Assembly (NCBI GenBank): GCA_976551045.1
Contig: CDPCPM010000076.1
Coordinates: forward strand, 26,412,001-26,476,000
From: Glaucostegus cemiculus
Taxonomy: Eukaryota
Direction: 5' to 3'
DNA: 64,000 bases
Shown: positions 39,410 to 54,395 of the stretch, one piece after another
Layout: each line of letters starts with the position of its first letter
Position numbering within the stretch: position 1 is the first letter of the stretch
Program-made: the position numbers and the translations under genes
Notes under the pieces: model-generated
Databases searched by the model: none
Told to the model about the DNA's origin: nothing
The model's input: only the letters and a program-made list of their open reading frames with translations

Positions 39410-39710
39410 ACTATTGCTCTGAAGATACAAGTTCCATTTGCAGCATGGTAGCTCAAGTAATTATTCAGATTAAAATGCTAGCATTATTAATAGTGATGAT
39501 GAAACTACCTGGATATCATTAAAAAAAACCTCATCTACTTCATTAGTGTATTTCAGGAGGACCTCTACTCTTTTCTATTTGACACCAGGCCTACTGCTGT
39601 GGTTGCCCCTCAACTATCCTCCAAAGTAGATGAGCAATTACAAGCATCCATTTCAGGAGACAATTAGTGATGGACAATAAATGCAGGCCTTGCTAGAAAC
39701 ATCCACTTCT
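39410..39710 (+). mobile_element. Old SINE-like repeat (same family at 42170-42375 and 56730-57110)
   Basis: The copies share gaaactac..at..taaaa..c..ttcact..tcc..aggga..gactcca..gttgactcttaact..caattag.gatgg.caataaatgc.ggcct. Confidence 0.5.
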
Positions 39711-41283
39711 ATTGGAGTATAAACAAAATCAATGGCATAAACTTTTACAGATGCAACTTGAAGGTTTCCTTCCTCAAATCTTATCAAACCGATACAGAAT
39801 TAAAAAAAATAGAAACCAAAATGTTTCTGGGAAAGGGAAATGGGAAGCCGGCTATCGGACAATGGATACAACTGATCTTGAGGAACTGCAAAACTCTCAT
39901 ATAGACACCAAAACATACAAAATGGTCAACACTAACCAGGTGATTAAAAGTAAACAAAATACTTGTGAAAATTAGAAAAAGATAGAAAAAAAGAGAAAAG
40001 AACCACTCAGTCCAATGACCTTTCCCTTTAGTATTTTAATTAAGTCATTCAGATATAATTGCATCTTGAACTCTTGTAATATCTCACTGTTTACCCGCAA
40101 ATCATTTCTAACAGTTTACCACCCAAGATATCTTACAGATGTGTTAAGTCCACTAGCATTAAATCAAATAGGAAGTTCCTTAATGCAGCTTGCCTGCAGA
40201 TCTTTCAAACAATATTTGGTGTAAAATGCTGCCTTAGCATTTTTTTAAACTTAAAAACAAGTTGAAGTTTTTCCTGATCTTCAATTATGACTATTGACTT
40301 TATGCTAGGGGTCATTCTTGTTGCTGTTATCTCTAATCTATCCAATGCTGGGTCCATCTTTTCTCCAGTAGAACCACCAGCATTATGTGAGTTGTGATTA
40401 ATGCATTACATTTATAACATTCCATTTCGTTTCCACATTATCTTAACACTGAAATTAAACAACTTGCCTTTTGTTTCCATAGTCTCCTGTACTTATTTCC
40501 TGCATTGCATACCAATTCTCTTTTCACTTTATGCAATGCTGCATAATTTGGTTTGCTCGAGTAAAAATTCATTTTGACTGCCTATACATGAACATCACAA
40601 ATTTGTATGGTAATCTTTAACTGCATGCTCCACTCATTTTTACAATCACTTGAAAAAGTAACACATTTTGCAATTCTGCATCAATTGAAACTGTGTATTT
40701 GACAAGGATCTCATTGATATGGTAAGAGAAACGATTTAACATTACCACCATCATTGCCCACTAACCCCACCCATCTCTAACCAAGCCAGTACACCAGTGT
40801 CATGGGGGAGGAAATCACAACAAAATAAAATATAGGCGAGTGTGTTCACATTTCACAATCATTTTCAGCATTTGCACCAGCAATTTTTTCTCCCACTTGT
40901 CAACTCTCTGACTGAAGCCCAATTTTAATCTCTCTCTACATGAGGCACAAAGGAAAATTTACAATGTGACCTTAACTGATTCCAGAGAAAAGTAACAGAT
41001 GGAAATAGTTTCACAATTATTCTTGCCCAGTTTATACTGTTGATAATCAGCCATTTGCAAGATACTAATGGAATCAATAGTGGATTTCATCCAATCAGGA
41101 TTATTTGGCTCTCGCACCACATCCAATTTCAGTACTCAAAGTTTACAGCATTTTAGCCAAATTAAGGTTCTTGTCATAAATTACAATTAAATTGAGAATG
41201 GCTTTTGGCAAGTTGTGCAAAAGTTATTATCCATTATACATGCAATTATTTCTGAGCAATAAAGATATCAATGCTGCAAAAAG

Positions 41284-41375
41284 AGAAACAAACTACTGAG
41301 GAGCTCAGTGGGTTAGGCAGCATCTGTGGAGGCAGAAGGATGATCAACATTTTGGGTTGAGACCCCGCCAGGACC
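41284..41375 (-). mobile_element. Penelope-like terminal unit
   Basis: gaggagctcagtgggttaggcagcatctgtggagg..cattttgggttgagaccc, same family as 770-905. Confidence 0.6.
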
Positions 41376-42964
41376 CTATGTATATGCTGTTGATTAGGAA
41401 TAGAAATGAAATGAAGAAAAGTCAACAGGCACAATGTAGAAACATTCTGCATCAACCTATATTGAATGAACATAAATATAGCACAAGAAGACTATGTTCT
41501 GGAAGGTGTCTTGATTACCAACCTCAAATTTTATATCTGCACATTGTTTCATCCCAGAGAATACAAAAAACACATTTTAGCATTCCAAAAATAAAATGAC
41601 AAAAATCAATTTACAATTGTATTTTCCCCAAGACATCAGAGCAAAAACAATTTCATCTTTCCAGTCAGTAATGTTGTGGTGGCAGGCAATAGTAATAAAA
41701 GCTATTGACATACATACCAGTTTGCCATATATGCAGTCTGGAAGCAGTCCTCTATGCTAAATTGGTGTTTTAACTAGATAAAAGCACCAAAAAAGATGAT
41801 CCTATTTCTTCAGCAGAATCAGAAATATCAGCAATAATCAAACATGGCAGATGTGAACTGAAGACTACGAGAAAGAAAAGATCATTTGGATGAACACAAA
41901 TATGATCTCTGATACTAGATGGGGCAAGTGAGAAAAAGGGCAAGTAAGCAGAGAGAACAAAGAGAGAAGGTGGAGTCAATGGGCAGAGGTAGAGGGAGGC
42001 AGGGCCAGGAGGCAGAGGTAGAGGAAAAGAGGTTGGGGTCAGGAGGCACATACTGGAAGTGGAGTGGAGAAGCCAAGATAGACAGAGACACTTCTGGACC
42101 ATATCGGGAGACTTGGGTTTGAACATTATCAAGGAGCCGGGGAATTTAAACTTAAATAAACAAACATGGAATTAAAAATACAAGTGTAAAACTACTCAAT
42201 TGTCATAAAACCCCATGTTGTCCACTCATATCCTCCAGGGATAGAAATCTAAAATCCTTACCCATCAGGTCTTCTGACTCCAGTTTCACCAATATATTTG
42301 ACTCTTAACTATCTCCTCAATTCAGGGCAATTAGAGATGGACACCAAGTGCCATCCACAAGCCACAACTGAATAAATAAGTTAAGAAGAAACAAGCACAC
42401 AAGAAAGGCAGCTTAAAAAAAAAATATCTTCAAAATGCACTTTCTGGAATACGACTACTACCTACTGAGAATGTTATATTGTTCTCAAAATCAGTTGCAA
42501 AAGCTTTTGGAAATAATGAGTTAGAACCAGATACAAATACATTAAGTTGCATTATGGGAAAGTCTCAATTTTTTTTTGCAGAATGCCCAAAATTTAAAAC
42601 TAAATTTAATAAGATTGTAATTGTTTTATATACTTGGAGTCAAACAAATATCAATATATTTAGTCTGATTGATGATAGACAGTGCATTGAATTGATATGC
42701 TTTACAACTTTATAAAAAGTTTGCACATGGAAGTCTTCACACCATCAACAGTAAAAAATATAAAGAATCATTAATACCAAATATAATTGATTGCAATATT
42801 CCCGACTGCAAGCTTTGAGTTCACAAAGGCACAAACCAAGTCCTCAGTTGCACAAGCTCAGGTTTCATGCATTTTTTTTAAAATAATTGTGTGCATTTTC
42901 TTTTAAACATTCCTGCTGCATAGAAAAATGTCACTTCCACAACCAAAAATGTTTGACACCACTG

Positions 42965-43475
42965 TTGATGTCAGCTGTAACTTGTAGCACTCTTGCTTAA
43001 GTGAGAGTATTGAGAATTCAAGTCTCACTCCAAAGAATGGAGTATAAACAATTTAGGCTGGCACTGTCAAAATTGTCTCTCAGACAAAGGACCTTGGGCC
43101 AGTCTGGTCTTTAAAGGGGGTGAAAAAAAATAACACTTTTTAAGAATAGCAAAGAAATTGGCCCAAACTGCACATACGGAAAACACTCAATGACAAAGGG
43201 TTGCAGGCCTGAAATGGTAACTGCTTTTCTTTCCACAGTTGCTGTCTGATCTGCTGAGCGATTCCAGCATCTTCTGCTTTCATTTAAGTTGTTACCAATA
43301 TCCTGGTCAATATAAATCCCTCAATTAACACAACCAAAAAGTTTATCTTGAAATCTAATGGGAGCTTGCTATGCATAATTGTCTACTGTGTATATTGAAA
43401 CAATGATCACATTTCAAAAGTATGCCACTGCTTTATAGCATGTGGAACATGCCAGAGATCCATGAAAGGGTCAAA
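42965..43475 (+). mobile_element. Deu-domain SINE (SacSINE1/AmnSINE1-like) interrupted by a Penelope-like unit at about 43170-43287
   Basis: tRNA-like head (gtagcactcttgc..ttcaagtctcactcca), Deu-like core tcctggtcaatataaatccctcaa..tgggagcttgctatgcataatt..acatttcaaaagta, and tail ..catgaaagg. The nested unit is the reverse complement of the 770-905 family. Family assignment is from memory. Confidence 0.6.
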
Positions 43476-46400
43476 ATAACCATGTCATTTTCCTTTGGAA
43501 AGTGAATGACAAATGCTAATAGCATTTCAATGAGCCTGTCTATTTTAATGGAGTGCACTAAACAATTCTGCATAGACCAAATCACTTTGAAAATAGCAGA
43601 AAGAGTAATGTCAAATGATCAGATGAAGTTTCCATTTAAAATTAACAATACCTATTTCAAGATTCACAAAGTTAATAAAGACTACAGGGGTTGAACTGTA
43701 TTTAAAAGAAAAGAGACTCTTCATCATAACTGGTTTCTTCAATTTACTTCTAGCTCAGCTTGGTTCCTTCAGAAGCCACTTCACAAAAAATTGGTCTGGA
43801 TGTTGCTCCTAAGTGCTGGCTGTTCCTCATGGAACTACAGGCGTTTGGCAGAATTTCGAAGGTTTTAGGATTTCTTTTTGACAATGTTTTCCAAAATTGT
43901 ACTTTATTCATAAATTTTGCAATATACAATACAGGATATTTGTCATCATTCCCTGTACCTAGAAGATCATTGTTTAAAATGTTTACATTTTGTGAACATG
44001 GTAACAATTTGTTTCTCCCCTCAAACATTCCATCAACAATCAATTTGAGGGTGTTTTTTTTTTAAACACAGAGCCTAATCCCTCAGTGGTGGGGCTTAAA
44101 TTTATGAGCTTTTGCAGTGGCTGCACTAAGCCTCAATGCACAGTGCTACATTTCAGTTTGTGCAAATTTTGATTGTGGACAGTTCCTGCACTGGAAGTTC
44201 ATTAAGTTTTGGGCAGACCAAATTGCACCTTTCATCAAGCTAATGATCTTTGAGCAATAGTGGATGCCTGTCTTAGGATGTGTCCCTGGGAACAGTTCAG
44301 AGTCCTATGGTATACTTCATCACAACTCGAGGAATCTTATTTACAAGTAATGTGGGCTTTCTGGATTTGGCTGTGTTTGCAAGGAATGAATTCAGTGGGC
44401 AGCAAGCACAGGTGCTGTAAAACCTCAGCCATTGTTTCTTTCAGATAGTTCAGCTAGTCAGTTTGCAATGCATGCCAAGATAGTAGTAGGCATCTAATCA
44501 GGAACCTGGAGACAGGATAGGCTTGATACCGATCCAGTTGGTTGATCAGTGGGAGAACTATAGTATTAAGCATTATTGCTGGTTATAAATATTTCAGGTC
44601 ACATAATAGCAAGCACACATGGCCAAATTTACCATATTGTGATGTCATACAGACAATGACGTAACATTTTATTTAAGTCTGCTATCACACCATGACAGAA
44701 CTTGCTTTTAGTGTAAAAGCACATGATGGTCGTACTTGTCTAACCAACTACTTCTACAGAAAACCTGGATAGTTTGCCACAAATTTGGGAAACGAGCAGG
44801 GCAAAAACAAAATGGGAGCAGACCCTTGAATCACTGCATACATTTCTAAGTCAAACTAGGTTACATTTTTAAAGCATGTGCAGAATAAAGAAGATATGAT
44901 TAATAAGAAAATTCACTTTCCTTGAAAATGTGAAAGAATTTAAATCATTATTTTAATTGTCAAATTCAATTTATACCAGTTATGAAAGAGTGAAAAAGTG
45001 CCACTCATGATCATAACTGACTGCATATCTATTATTTACATAGAGAATATATAGAAGAATTGACAGTCTCTCCAGGGTAAGGTGGTGATGAAATAAAGGA
45101 AACAGATAAAATTCTCATTTGGCCCAAAATAAATCTCTCAATACAATTGAACTGCAAAAGCAAGATCCAGGCCAAGTGACAAGCTGTGCTTCTGTACATG
45201 AGAAATTATAGTTTGTGGAAAATCTTACAACTTTTAAATTCTTCCATGATGGATGGTGACAAATAAAAAGAAAATACAAATTACATTTAAGTAAATAAGT
45301 TGCAAATTACTTAATATACAAGACAAATTTATTATAAGAAGAAATGAAATTGCTTACACCAGAAGTGCTGCCCCATCTGTAGGTCATTCTATTACTTTCA
45401 AAGATTAAAGCTATAAAATCTCCATTTTCTCACACCAAGGGCAAGTAAATTTCAAGCTTGAAAAAGTAATAAAACTTGTCAATATTTCCTGAAAATGAAA
45501 TTAACTGTGTGCCAAGATATTACAAGTGATAGACGAGTTTGAAAAAAACCAAAAAAATGTTAATTTCACTTAAACCACAGGGAAGAAAAATCTTTGAAGC
45601 AGTGTGCTGAAATGTGAAGAAAGCAGTAAATGTCTTGGCTTACTGGTAAAAAAAAATGGAGTGGATTTAGCACTGAAAAACCAGGAGATCCACAACAAAA
45701 GCATTGTTCGTTACATGTGACAATTTTCAGAGTCGGTGAGCATGGGACATAGCCTCACCAGCTGTCAAAGGCATTCTGAAATTGTAGCCAATCACTTGTG
45801 CTTGGAGCAGTCTTGAACTTCACCAACAGGTTGGAAGCTGGGTTCCCATTGGAAGACTATGCCTGGGACCATGCTGGAGGAAACAGTGAGGTCCAGAGAC
45901 AAACAACTGACAACCTCAAGTAGCTTGCTGATCCAGCCCATCTGCACTGCACAAGTTACCCCTGCAGTATTAATTGTACTTGAAAACATCACAACCACAC
46001 CACAATAAAAAGGTAGAAAAATATCACAGAACATGGGGATTTCTTTACACGAACATCAGCAGTTGCATGAATTGAGTCAAAACAGTAATTGATGCATTTC
46101 AGAGAAAACTGCATAAACATCAGAAAGGAATCAAGATTGTACTGAGAAAGTTAGAAGAGAAAAAGGCTGGAAGGAGGGTCGAGTAGAACATGGACTGGTG
46201 TGGCTAAATGATCAACATTTCACACAGTATATAGTTTGGCACAAGTATGTCATCAATGCAGCGAAAAAAAAACCAACTTCTATTAAAACAAAAAGGAGCA
46301 AAGATGAACATTAAAGAAAATGCTGAAGTATTCAATACGAAATCTGGCAGTATAAAGTACTCTTTGCAGTAGCTGACTGCTCATTATTATTCCCATGAAT

Positions 46401-49400
46401 TAATATTTGAAGGAAGACGCTTTAATAGAAGCAGCTAAAAGCCTTTTATGCACAATTTTGACAAACTGTATTAAATAAAAGGAATGAATGCCAAGTAAGG
46501 GGCTTCCTGCCAAATGCAATTTAAATGGCTTGTTGTGCTGAAACAATCTGAAAATTAAAAACGTCTCGTGAATGACAACAACACACCAGAAAATAAAATT
46601 AATGCAGTACTTTCATTAGTAGAATTGCATCTCCATGTGTTTTCTTCTATTATATCTGAAAAAACAGTGGTACAATGGCCTCTTGTGTCACAACAGGCTT
46701 TTAGGCAAATCTCCAGCATCCCAGCACACCTCTGTACAATTCAGCCCAATGCCACTACTCTCTTTAATGAAAACAAACTAGGCAATAAACCACTTGTTCC
46801 CCAAAGCTAGGTCCCTCTTGCAACAAACAGAATCTGATAAAAGAAAATATGCTTTCATCTAAATGCTTTTTTTTTTAATCAATTATGTCCAGAAGATAAA
46901 AAGATAGATATCTTTTTACAAATAGGTTTCTGATTTACTCAACAACTGAACAAATATGAACAAAAAGGCAAAGAATTTTCCATAACACTTTATTGCTGCT
47001 TATTGAAAGCCTTTTTACCTCAATGCATATTATGATTAAATCATTTGTCAACAGATCAAAGGATATTTCATTACTGTAAATTAGGCTTTCCAGCTAGTTG
47101 ACATTTTTTCCACTAACTGTCCTATTTAAGCACGACAATAATTTATGAGTTTGCATTTTCTGACTAACATGAAGACATCTACAATTTGAACTTACTGCAT
47201 TGATCACTATGCATCAAAGCAACTACAGAGGCAAGAGAAAATTTTACTGCACTCAATCAGCACATTGAAGCACACTGTTACCAGATGTTCACTGCATGCT
47301 CAAAATACAAAAAGTTCAGTAATTTTTATTAATTTATTCACTCTGTACATGGTTATGTAAAACCCTATCATAGTACACCTAACAAACAAAATTAAGAAAA
47401 AAATTGCAAATCCTTTACTTGCTCTCCATTAAACTGTAAAAATCCTAAAGGGAAAATAAAAGTGGGCTTGAAGAAAAATTTTACAAAATGCCCTATAACT
47501 CAATTTTCATGTAGCAGCCATAGCATGTTGAAAGAAATTGGAAATTTTCTTCACATTTCCATTACTTCATAATAATGGTATCATCCTACAGTTGCCCATT
47601 CAAATACTTACAAGTCAAAGAATCAGAATGTTCAGTGATGGTTAAGTCTTTTTTTAAAAAAAAGTGATGTCAATAAACTACAAGTTTGTAAAAAGAAGTG
47701 CAACATTAACGTGTAATAAAATGATAATCTATTTTTAGGAATGCTGTCACACCAGATGTTAGTTAAGACTGGATCAGCTTTTTCTGTAGTCACTGCCAGA
47801 ATAATCAAACTGGATTGATATTATTAAGACCAACGGCAGTAATATTTCATGTATTTAATTTAATATTCAAATTAAACCACTATGTCTGAATATTTTTAGA
47901 AAGCTTAAGAAAATGAATTGTAACAAATCACAAAGATAGGTTTCGATTTCCCCATCAACATAAAAGATAACATTCAAATGATTCGTACATAATTAAAACA
48001 GAACCCTAGCACCTGCTACAGAATTCAACTAATTAGGATTTGAAAATAAGTTTCCATTTAAGCACTTCAGGTGAAATATGGTCACCTACTGAATAACATT
48101 TTCAAATATATCTCATTACTTAGTCAAGAACTTTATTTCATAATAAGAGATTCATTTGAGGTTTTGCTTGTTAATTGAAGTATTGCCAGCTGTTTGCCAC
48201 ATGCAAAGTCCCAAAATGTGGCTCTGCAGTAGAAAATCTTGTCAAATTTGAAATGCTTCAGGTTACACAAATCCAGTAAACATTAACCAGGGGACATTAG
48301 AATTGAACACTGCCGCTATCTAGTGGAACTTCAAGGCATTGCAACTGTACAGAAGAGAAGACATTGGAAAAATTCTCTTATGTCCCACAAGAGGGAACTA
48401 CCAATCCTAAACAAAATTATAGTATTAAAATGTAAAATCTGATTAAGATTAAATTTGAAATAAATACAACTATTCTGAAAGGAAATGCTCAGTTCTTAAT
48501 CTACGCACACAACCTGAGATGATGAAGAAACCTACTACTTGAGAAATTCAAGACAGGATGGCAAACATCAGAACAAGAAAACATCCAGCTGGATCCATGG
48601 AGTCTGCCCTACTGGCAAAGTGACCTCCGGCCCTCCCCATTTACTGCCTTTGAAGTAAATCACTTGGAAGAAGCAAAATACTTCTTTAAAAAAATATTCT
48701 AGGCCAATCCAAGTAAAAATGAATTGTGAAATTCTTCTACCTCCAAATATATATCAGGAAGAGCTGTTAATTTCACTCAAAAATGAGAAAAAAAAGTCTT
48801 GAATCAGTTTGCAACAATGGAACTGCATTAACTTGCATTAGAAACAAATATTCAAATACTGGATCTGGTTTTTTTTGAAACACATAAGATTTTTCATTAA
48901 ATATGTTCTTAAACAACCCAGAAGTTCACTTTCATTAGTATAATGCAGCAGTTGCAATGACAATTAAGATGAGAAAGTACATTCAAATTGGTTCTTTTTC
49001 TCGTAAATTAATTTTTTTCCCCCAGTCTCAAGCTAGTGATCCTCCTTAAAGCATTAAGGAGTGATTACCTTTCTTCAGGGGAACAATGAAAGTATTATTA
49101 TTTGTATCATTTTATAGACCTCCTGCCACCAAATTATGATCCAGCTTGGAGAGTGGGAAAGTTGAGTCTCTCATTCAGTGATGATGAGATTCTGTGATCT
49201 AAGAAAAGGCAGAATTCAACAGTGAAATAATTAACATTGCTTTTTCTTGTCCAGAAACACATGCATCAAGGCAATTCTTCATGAAGCAGGTTAGCACAGA
49301 TGGCAGCGGCCATCAAATTATAGGACAAGTTGCAATCAGAGATTACAACTTGTAAAATTCTGAATGGATTTTAAATGGGAAAAACATTGTATTAAGTGAA

Positions 49401-50734
49401 GCAATGAAAGAATTTTTACTGCAGTATTTTCAAAAAACAAGCAAGAATTCAAATGGAATTGTGGTCTAAGTGACTGGGACAAATTTTCATACAAATTCCA
49501 AAAGACGTTTTCAACCCATCCAAAGGGCTCTGCATTGAAGAAATGAGTTTAAAGTCATGCAACTTGGTTCTTTACACTCCATTGGAATGCTCATCACAAC
49601 AGCAAATTTGAATCTCCCTTTGGTGTGCAGTGTTTGGTAGGCAATTCTGTTAATCATTATTAACAGCTTCATTAGCATTCCTTGCGATTCCCGTGCATTT
49701 GGCTCCTAAGGATATGCAAGATTATCAACCACCAGTTATACTCACCTCCATATATTCTCTTTCATTGATTCCAATAGAATCAGATGTGGAAAGTAGAACC
49801 AGTGTTGATAACTTTGCTTGAGCTTAACACGACCTGGCTATATAAATTTCTCCCCTAAAATTCTTTAATTGATTAAGAAATACAAATATAATTAGGATCT
49901 GCCCTTTGAGTCTGTTTCACTATTCAATAAGCTCACAACTGATCTGGTAGCCTCTCACCCTTGCTTATCAAATTATCGAAGTCAAGATTCAAAATTAATT
50001 AAACTGTTAACATTTTCAATAATTATTTGCCAAATAATAATTATTATTAATAAGTTGGGGATGGAGTAGTCAAGTCTGATGAAGAAAAAAAACCTGAAAA
50101 AATGCTGAAATATGAAAATTCTTGTTCACAACATTCCTTCACAAGAATGATACATAGCCAAAACAGTATTTTGGTAGGATTAGAGTAGCAAAATCTGGAA
50201 TTTGACAAAAGGCACCCAAATGTGATGATGGGGAGAGGGAATCTTATTTTTTTTTGTTTGCAAACTGCTTCCTATCAACAGTCATTCTTTTGGCTAGAGA
50301 GACTTCTGTCTTTTAGTATTGAGGGAGAAATAAAACAATTAGATTAGAGGTTCTGATATCAAAACATGAAAGAACAAGTAGGAATAACCACAGGTCAAAG
50401 AATGCAGATGGAAAATGGGTGAAGTTGGATAAGAACATGGATGGTGCTGGGTAAGGGCTATGCAACACATAATGGGGACGACGCAAGAACACTATACAGA
50501 TGGTGCATAAATATTTGGTGTTTAGTAAGGTTTTGTTGGCAGGAAGGCAATGAAGCCTTACCCGTGTTAAAAATAAAATTTAGAAAATTAAGCTGAGAGA
50601 TGAAAATAATCCAATTAATGAAAAGATTCCTGATCTGCAAGCAGTTTAGGTTGGAGTATACAAATTATTGAAGAAAATTACAAAGTGATCTAATTTTTCC
50701 CCTCAGTAAAAATTGCCCACTGTATTAAAATTCT

Positions 50735-51060
50735 TCAAAGCACTTCAAGTAAAATGAGTTACATTTCAAACCGAAATTACTTGTTAATAGGGGAACACAG
50801 TAGCCATTTTCTGCACAGATTTTCTACTCCTCCAAACAGCTACAAACTCGATGACTGAAACTGGGGAGAAGAATGTTAACTAGCTCAAGGAGAAATCCTG
50901 TTTTTCTTCTACATTTACCCTAGTCCCACTAGAACAGATTCGTAGAACATCTCAACAAAAGTACGGCATCTCTGACCTTGCATTATTCCGTCAGCTGTGC
51001 TCAAATGTGTCAGCTTAGATTAATTTTAATCTTGATGTAAAACTCTTGCCACCCTCAAAG
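50735..51060 (-). mobile_element. Degraded Deu-domain SINE
   Basis: gtagccattttctgcacag, acggcatctctgac..tgca and gtgtcagcttagatt resemble the inverted SacSINE1-type sequence and parts of 42965-43475. Confidence 0.45.
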
Positions 51061-53222
51061 TCAAAAATATTAAACACTTCATAAATCCTACTCAGGAAAC
51101 AAATAATCAAAGTAATGCATTTAGAATCCATTTTTCAGTATTCTGATAGTTAGATCTTAGGAAAATAACCTTTTGTAAAAATTGAGATTCAAAAAATCCT
51201 TTGTAAATATTACAGATATTATGAATATAACGGCACTGCAAATTAAACCTCAACCCGTGGTATTTCATTGTATAAGAGATCATTGTGCTATCTTGAAAAG
51301 TTGAAAGGCTTTGAATTTTATTTTGCAAACCTGCACATTAGAATTTGCTAATGAATAAATCAATTTCTACTGAAGGACAAACCTGACTGAATTATTAAAT
51401 CATACATCAAGTCCAAAGTTGTCACTTCCCAGCTACTGCATTGACAAGCCATATACATTTGTTAAGCATCTGAACAAAAGAGATATACTGCTGTTTTATT
51501 TATTTGGTAGAGTACAGATGGAGGGCTGCAATTTATCAAAATGACAACTAAATCTATCTTGTCATACCTATAGCTATAATAAGAGTGTGCTGAGATCAAC
51601 AAGTCTTTTCTTCAAAATTACTGATCTGTAAATTGCCCTTGACTGTTGTGGCAAATAAAAATCACTTTCCTCTGTCAATCTGGATCTTGCAAACATGACA
51701 AACATTTAGTACCTACAAAAGAAAGATTGCTAAGTATAGCATTTTTTAAAAATTATTTGCATTAGCTGATATTAGGGCATGACTAGCAGACAAAACTTTC
51801 AGAATAAATTGGGATTTTTCCAAAAGATTTCAAATGCACACATTTCCAGTGATATTAGAAACACATTTTGCTCAGCTTAATTATATTCAAGTTCAAGGAG
51901 TTAAATGTTAATTCTACATATGATCAAATAATTAGTGTATTATTGAAAATATCATCTTTGAAGCAATAGGATCTCAACTGATTTGTTTCACCACCTCGAC
52001 CCTCCCCCTCCTCCGATTTTCTTTAAGATCCACAAGTCTTGTTCTTGATGATCAAGCTTGTTAGCATTATTAATTAAAATGAAAATGCTGGAAACATCAA
52101 GGAGGTCAGAAAGCATTCAAGGAAAGCGAAACAAAATTAACCTTTCCAGGTTCATGGTTCATTGAAGAGATCAACAACTTGAAATACTGGGCTGGATCAC
52201 ACTTTTGGCTAGCTGGTGGATCCCCAGAGAAGTATCAGATGGCTGCAGTGTGCATGTCAGTGCATTCCAGACTTGAGCATCTGTGCACTGCAGAGTACAC
52301 AATGAGCTGGAGGTCAAATGATGGTGTGAACAGCCTCCCACGCTGCTGCTGGACTCAGCACTTCATACCTGGCCTCTCAGCTATATACCAGAGAAATTAA
52401 TGGGACTAGCAAACTTCTCTTAAAAAAATTAGTGATATTGGATGTTTTCTACAAAATATTGTAATTATTATTTTTAAAATTAATTTATCCAAGTTGAATG
52501 TTAATTTTTTCATCATCAGACATTTAGAAATAGTGGAAAAAGGCTTTACACCATGAGTTATCAGAGGTCATTGAGGCACCCTTAGGCATGGCCTTGGCCT
52601 CCACTGCTGGCTTCCTGGTCACAGCTCATGGACTGCTCCACAGAAAAGCTTCTGATGAGATTGGCAGGACATGGGAGCTGAGCAGCTGCAAAAGATAGGT
52701 GTGACTTGGGATATCCAGTGAAAGGCAAAAGCAAGATACATGCTGAGTCAGCACAATGCAGCCCAATAAGGGGTGTCTCTACAGATACCACATCGGCTGA
52801 GTACTCCAGCATTTTGCATTTTCATTTCAGATTTCCAACATCCATAGTATTTTGCTTTTGAGAATCTTTAGCCATGGTTTTGCTTACAGTGCTTTATTTC
52901 TTGTGGTAATACCCTGAATTTATGATGAAGAATGTAATAACAAGAAACAGTAAACTTTCATTTATCTAGTGTTTATACATCAGAAGTTCACATGCAATTG
53001 GCAAAGTTTTAAGAATTAGATTTATTTTTGCTGTACTTTACATTTACACTGTTTAGCCTTAAAATATGGAATTGCAGTGTTAAACAAAGAAATTTAAAAG
53101 CAAGAAGATGTATAGTTTGGCAATTTAGAGGTTTAGACATTAATACAAGCGTGTGATGAGCAATTCTCATGCAATCCCATTCCCCAGGGATGCTGATTAG
53201 CTGAGATTATGGTGTAGATGGA

Positions 53223-54395
53223 AAAGAATATGAGGATTAAGCAAAGTCAGCATGGATTAAATGAAAGAAAAAAAATCACGTTTGACTAAACTGCTGGAGT
53301 ATGTGGCAGGATCCATTCAATGCAATGTACTTTGATTTTCAGAAGACGTTCAATAAGGTCCCACACAGGCTGGTCAACAAGGGTAGAGCACACAACATTG
53401 GGGGGTAATATAATGACATGGACTGAGAATTGGTTATTGGACAGGAAGCAGTGTGGATGAGGGGCACTGCAGGGATCAGTATTCAGCTATTCACAATTTG
53501 CATCAACAGTTTTAACAAGGGAGCCAAATGTCATTCTCCAGTCTGTTCAAAATACAAAAGTAGGTACGAGTATAATGGTGGGAGTTTGGGGGGGGGGGTT
53601 TGCAGGGAGGTTGGTAGAAGGTTGCTGGGAAAAGACAAGTTGAAGATAGAATGAGTGAGAAAGCCAGATGGAATATTATCTGGAAAAATATGAAGTTAAC
53701 CATTTTGGAGCACAATGACATTTTTTTTTAAATGATGAGCGATTGGGTAATGGTGATGTTAAGATCCTCAAGCATCCTTGTACTCAAGTCACTGAAAGCC
53801 ATCAAGCAGTTGCAACAATCAATTAGGAAAGCAAATGATATGTTGGCCTCAATCTTGAGAAGATTTAAGTACAGCTGTTTTAATGCAATTACAGAGGACC
53901 TTGGGGAGATCATACCTACAGTACTGTATACAGTTTGGTTTCCTAATCCAAAAAAATACATTTGTCACAGAGGGAGGGGAGCAAAGATCCACTAGATAGG
54001 TTCCTGGCATGGCACTTTTGCCATACGAGGAGAGATTTTCTAGACTTTAGAAAAAATAAAAAGGGAGATCTCACTGAAGCTTAAAATTCATATATAGTTT
54101 GGCAGGCAGACATTCTTCGGGCTGTGGAGTCTAGAATCTAGGATCACTGGCTCAAATAAAATGTGGATAATTTAGTACTGAGAGGAGAATAATTCCCCTT
54201 CCCCCCACCCCGAGTGGTGAATCTTTGGAATTACTTAACCTGACTGAAAGCTAAATCATCATATCAATTTATTTTTGGATATTAGGCAAATGAAACAGTA
54301 GTGAAAAATGGCTTTGAGGTAGAAGACTAGACATTATCTTGATGATTGGTAAAGCAGGCTCATAGGGTCTCTGACTGGTACTATTTCTTAGGCTC
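53223..54395 (+). mobile_element. Old CR1-type LINE, internally deleted
   Basis: IKQSQHG, KSRLTKLLE, YFDFQKTFNKVPH (RT motifs), QQSIRKANDMLA, and 3' gagtggtgaatctttggaatt. Confidence 0.8.
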
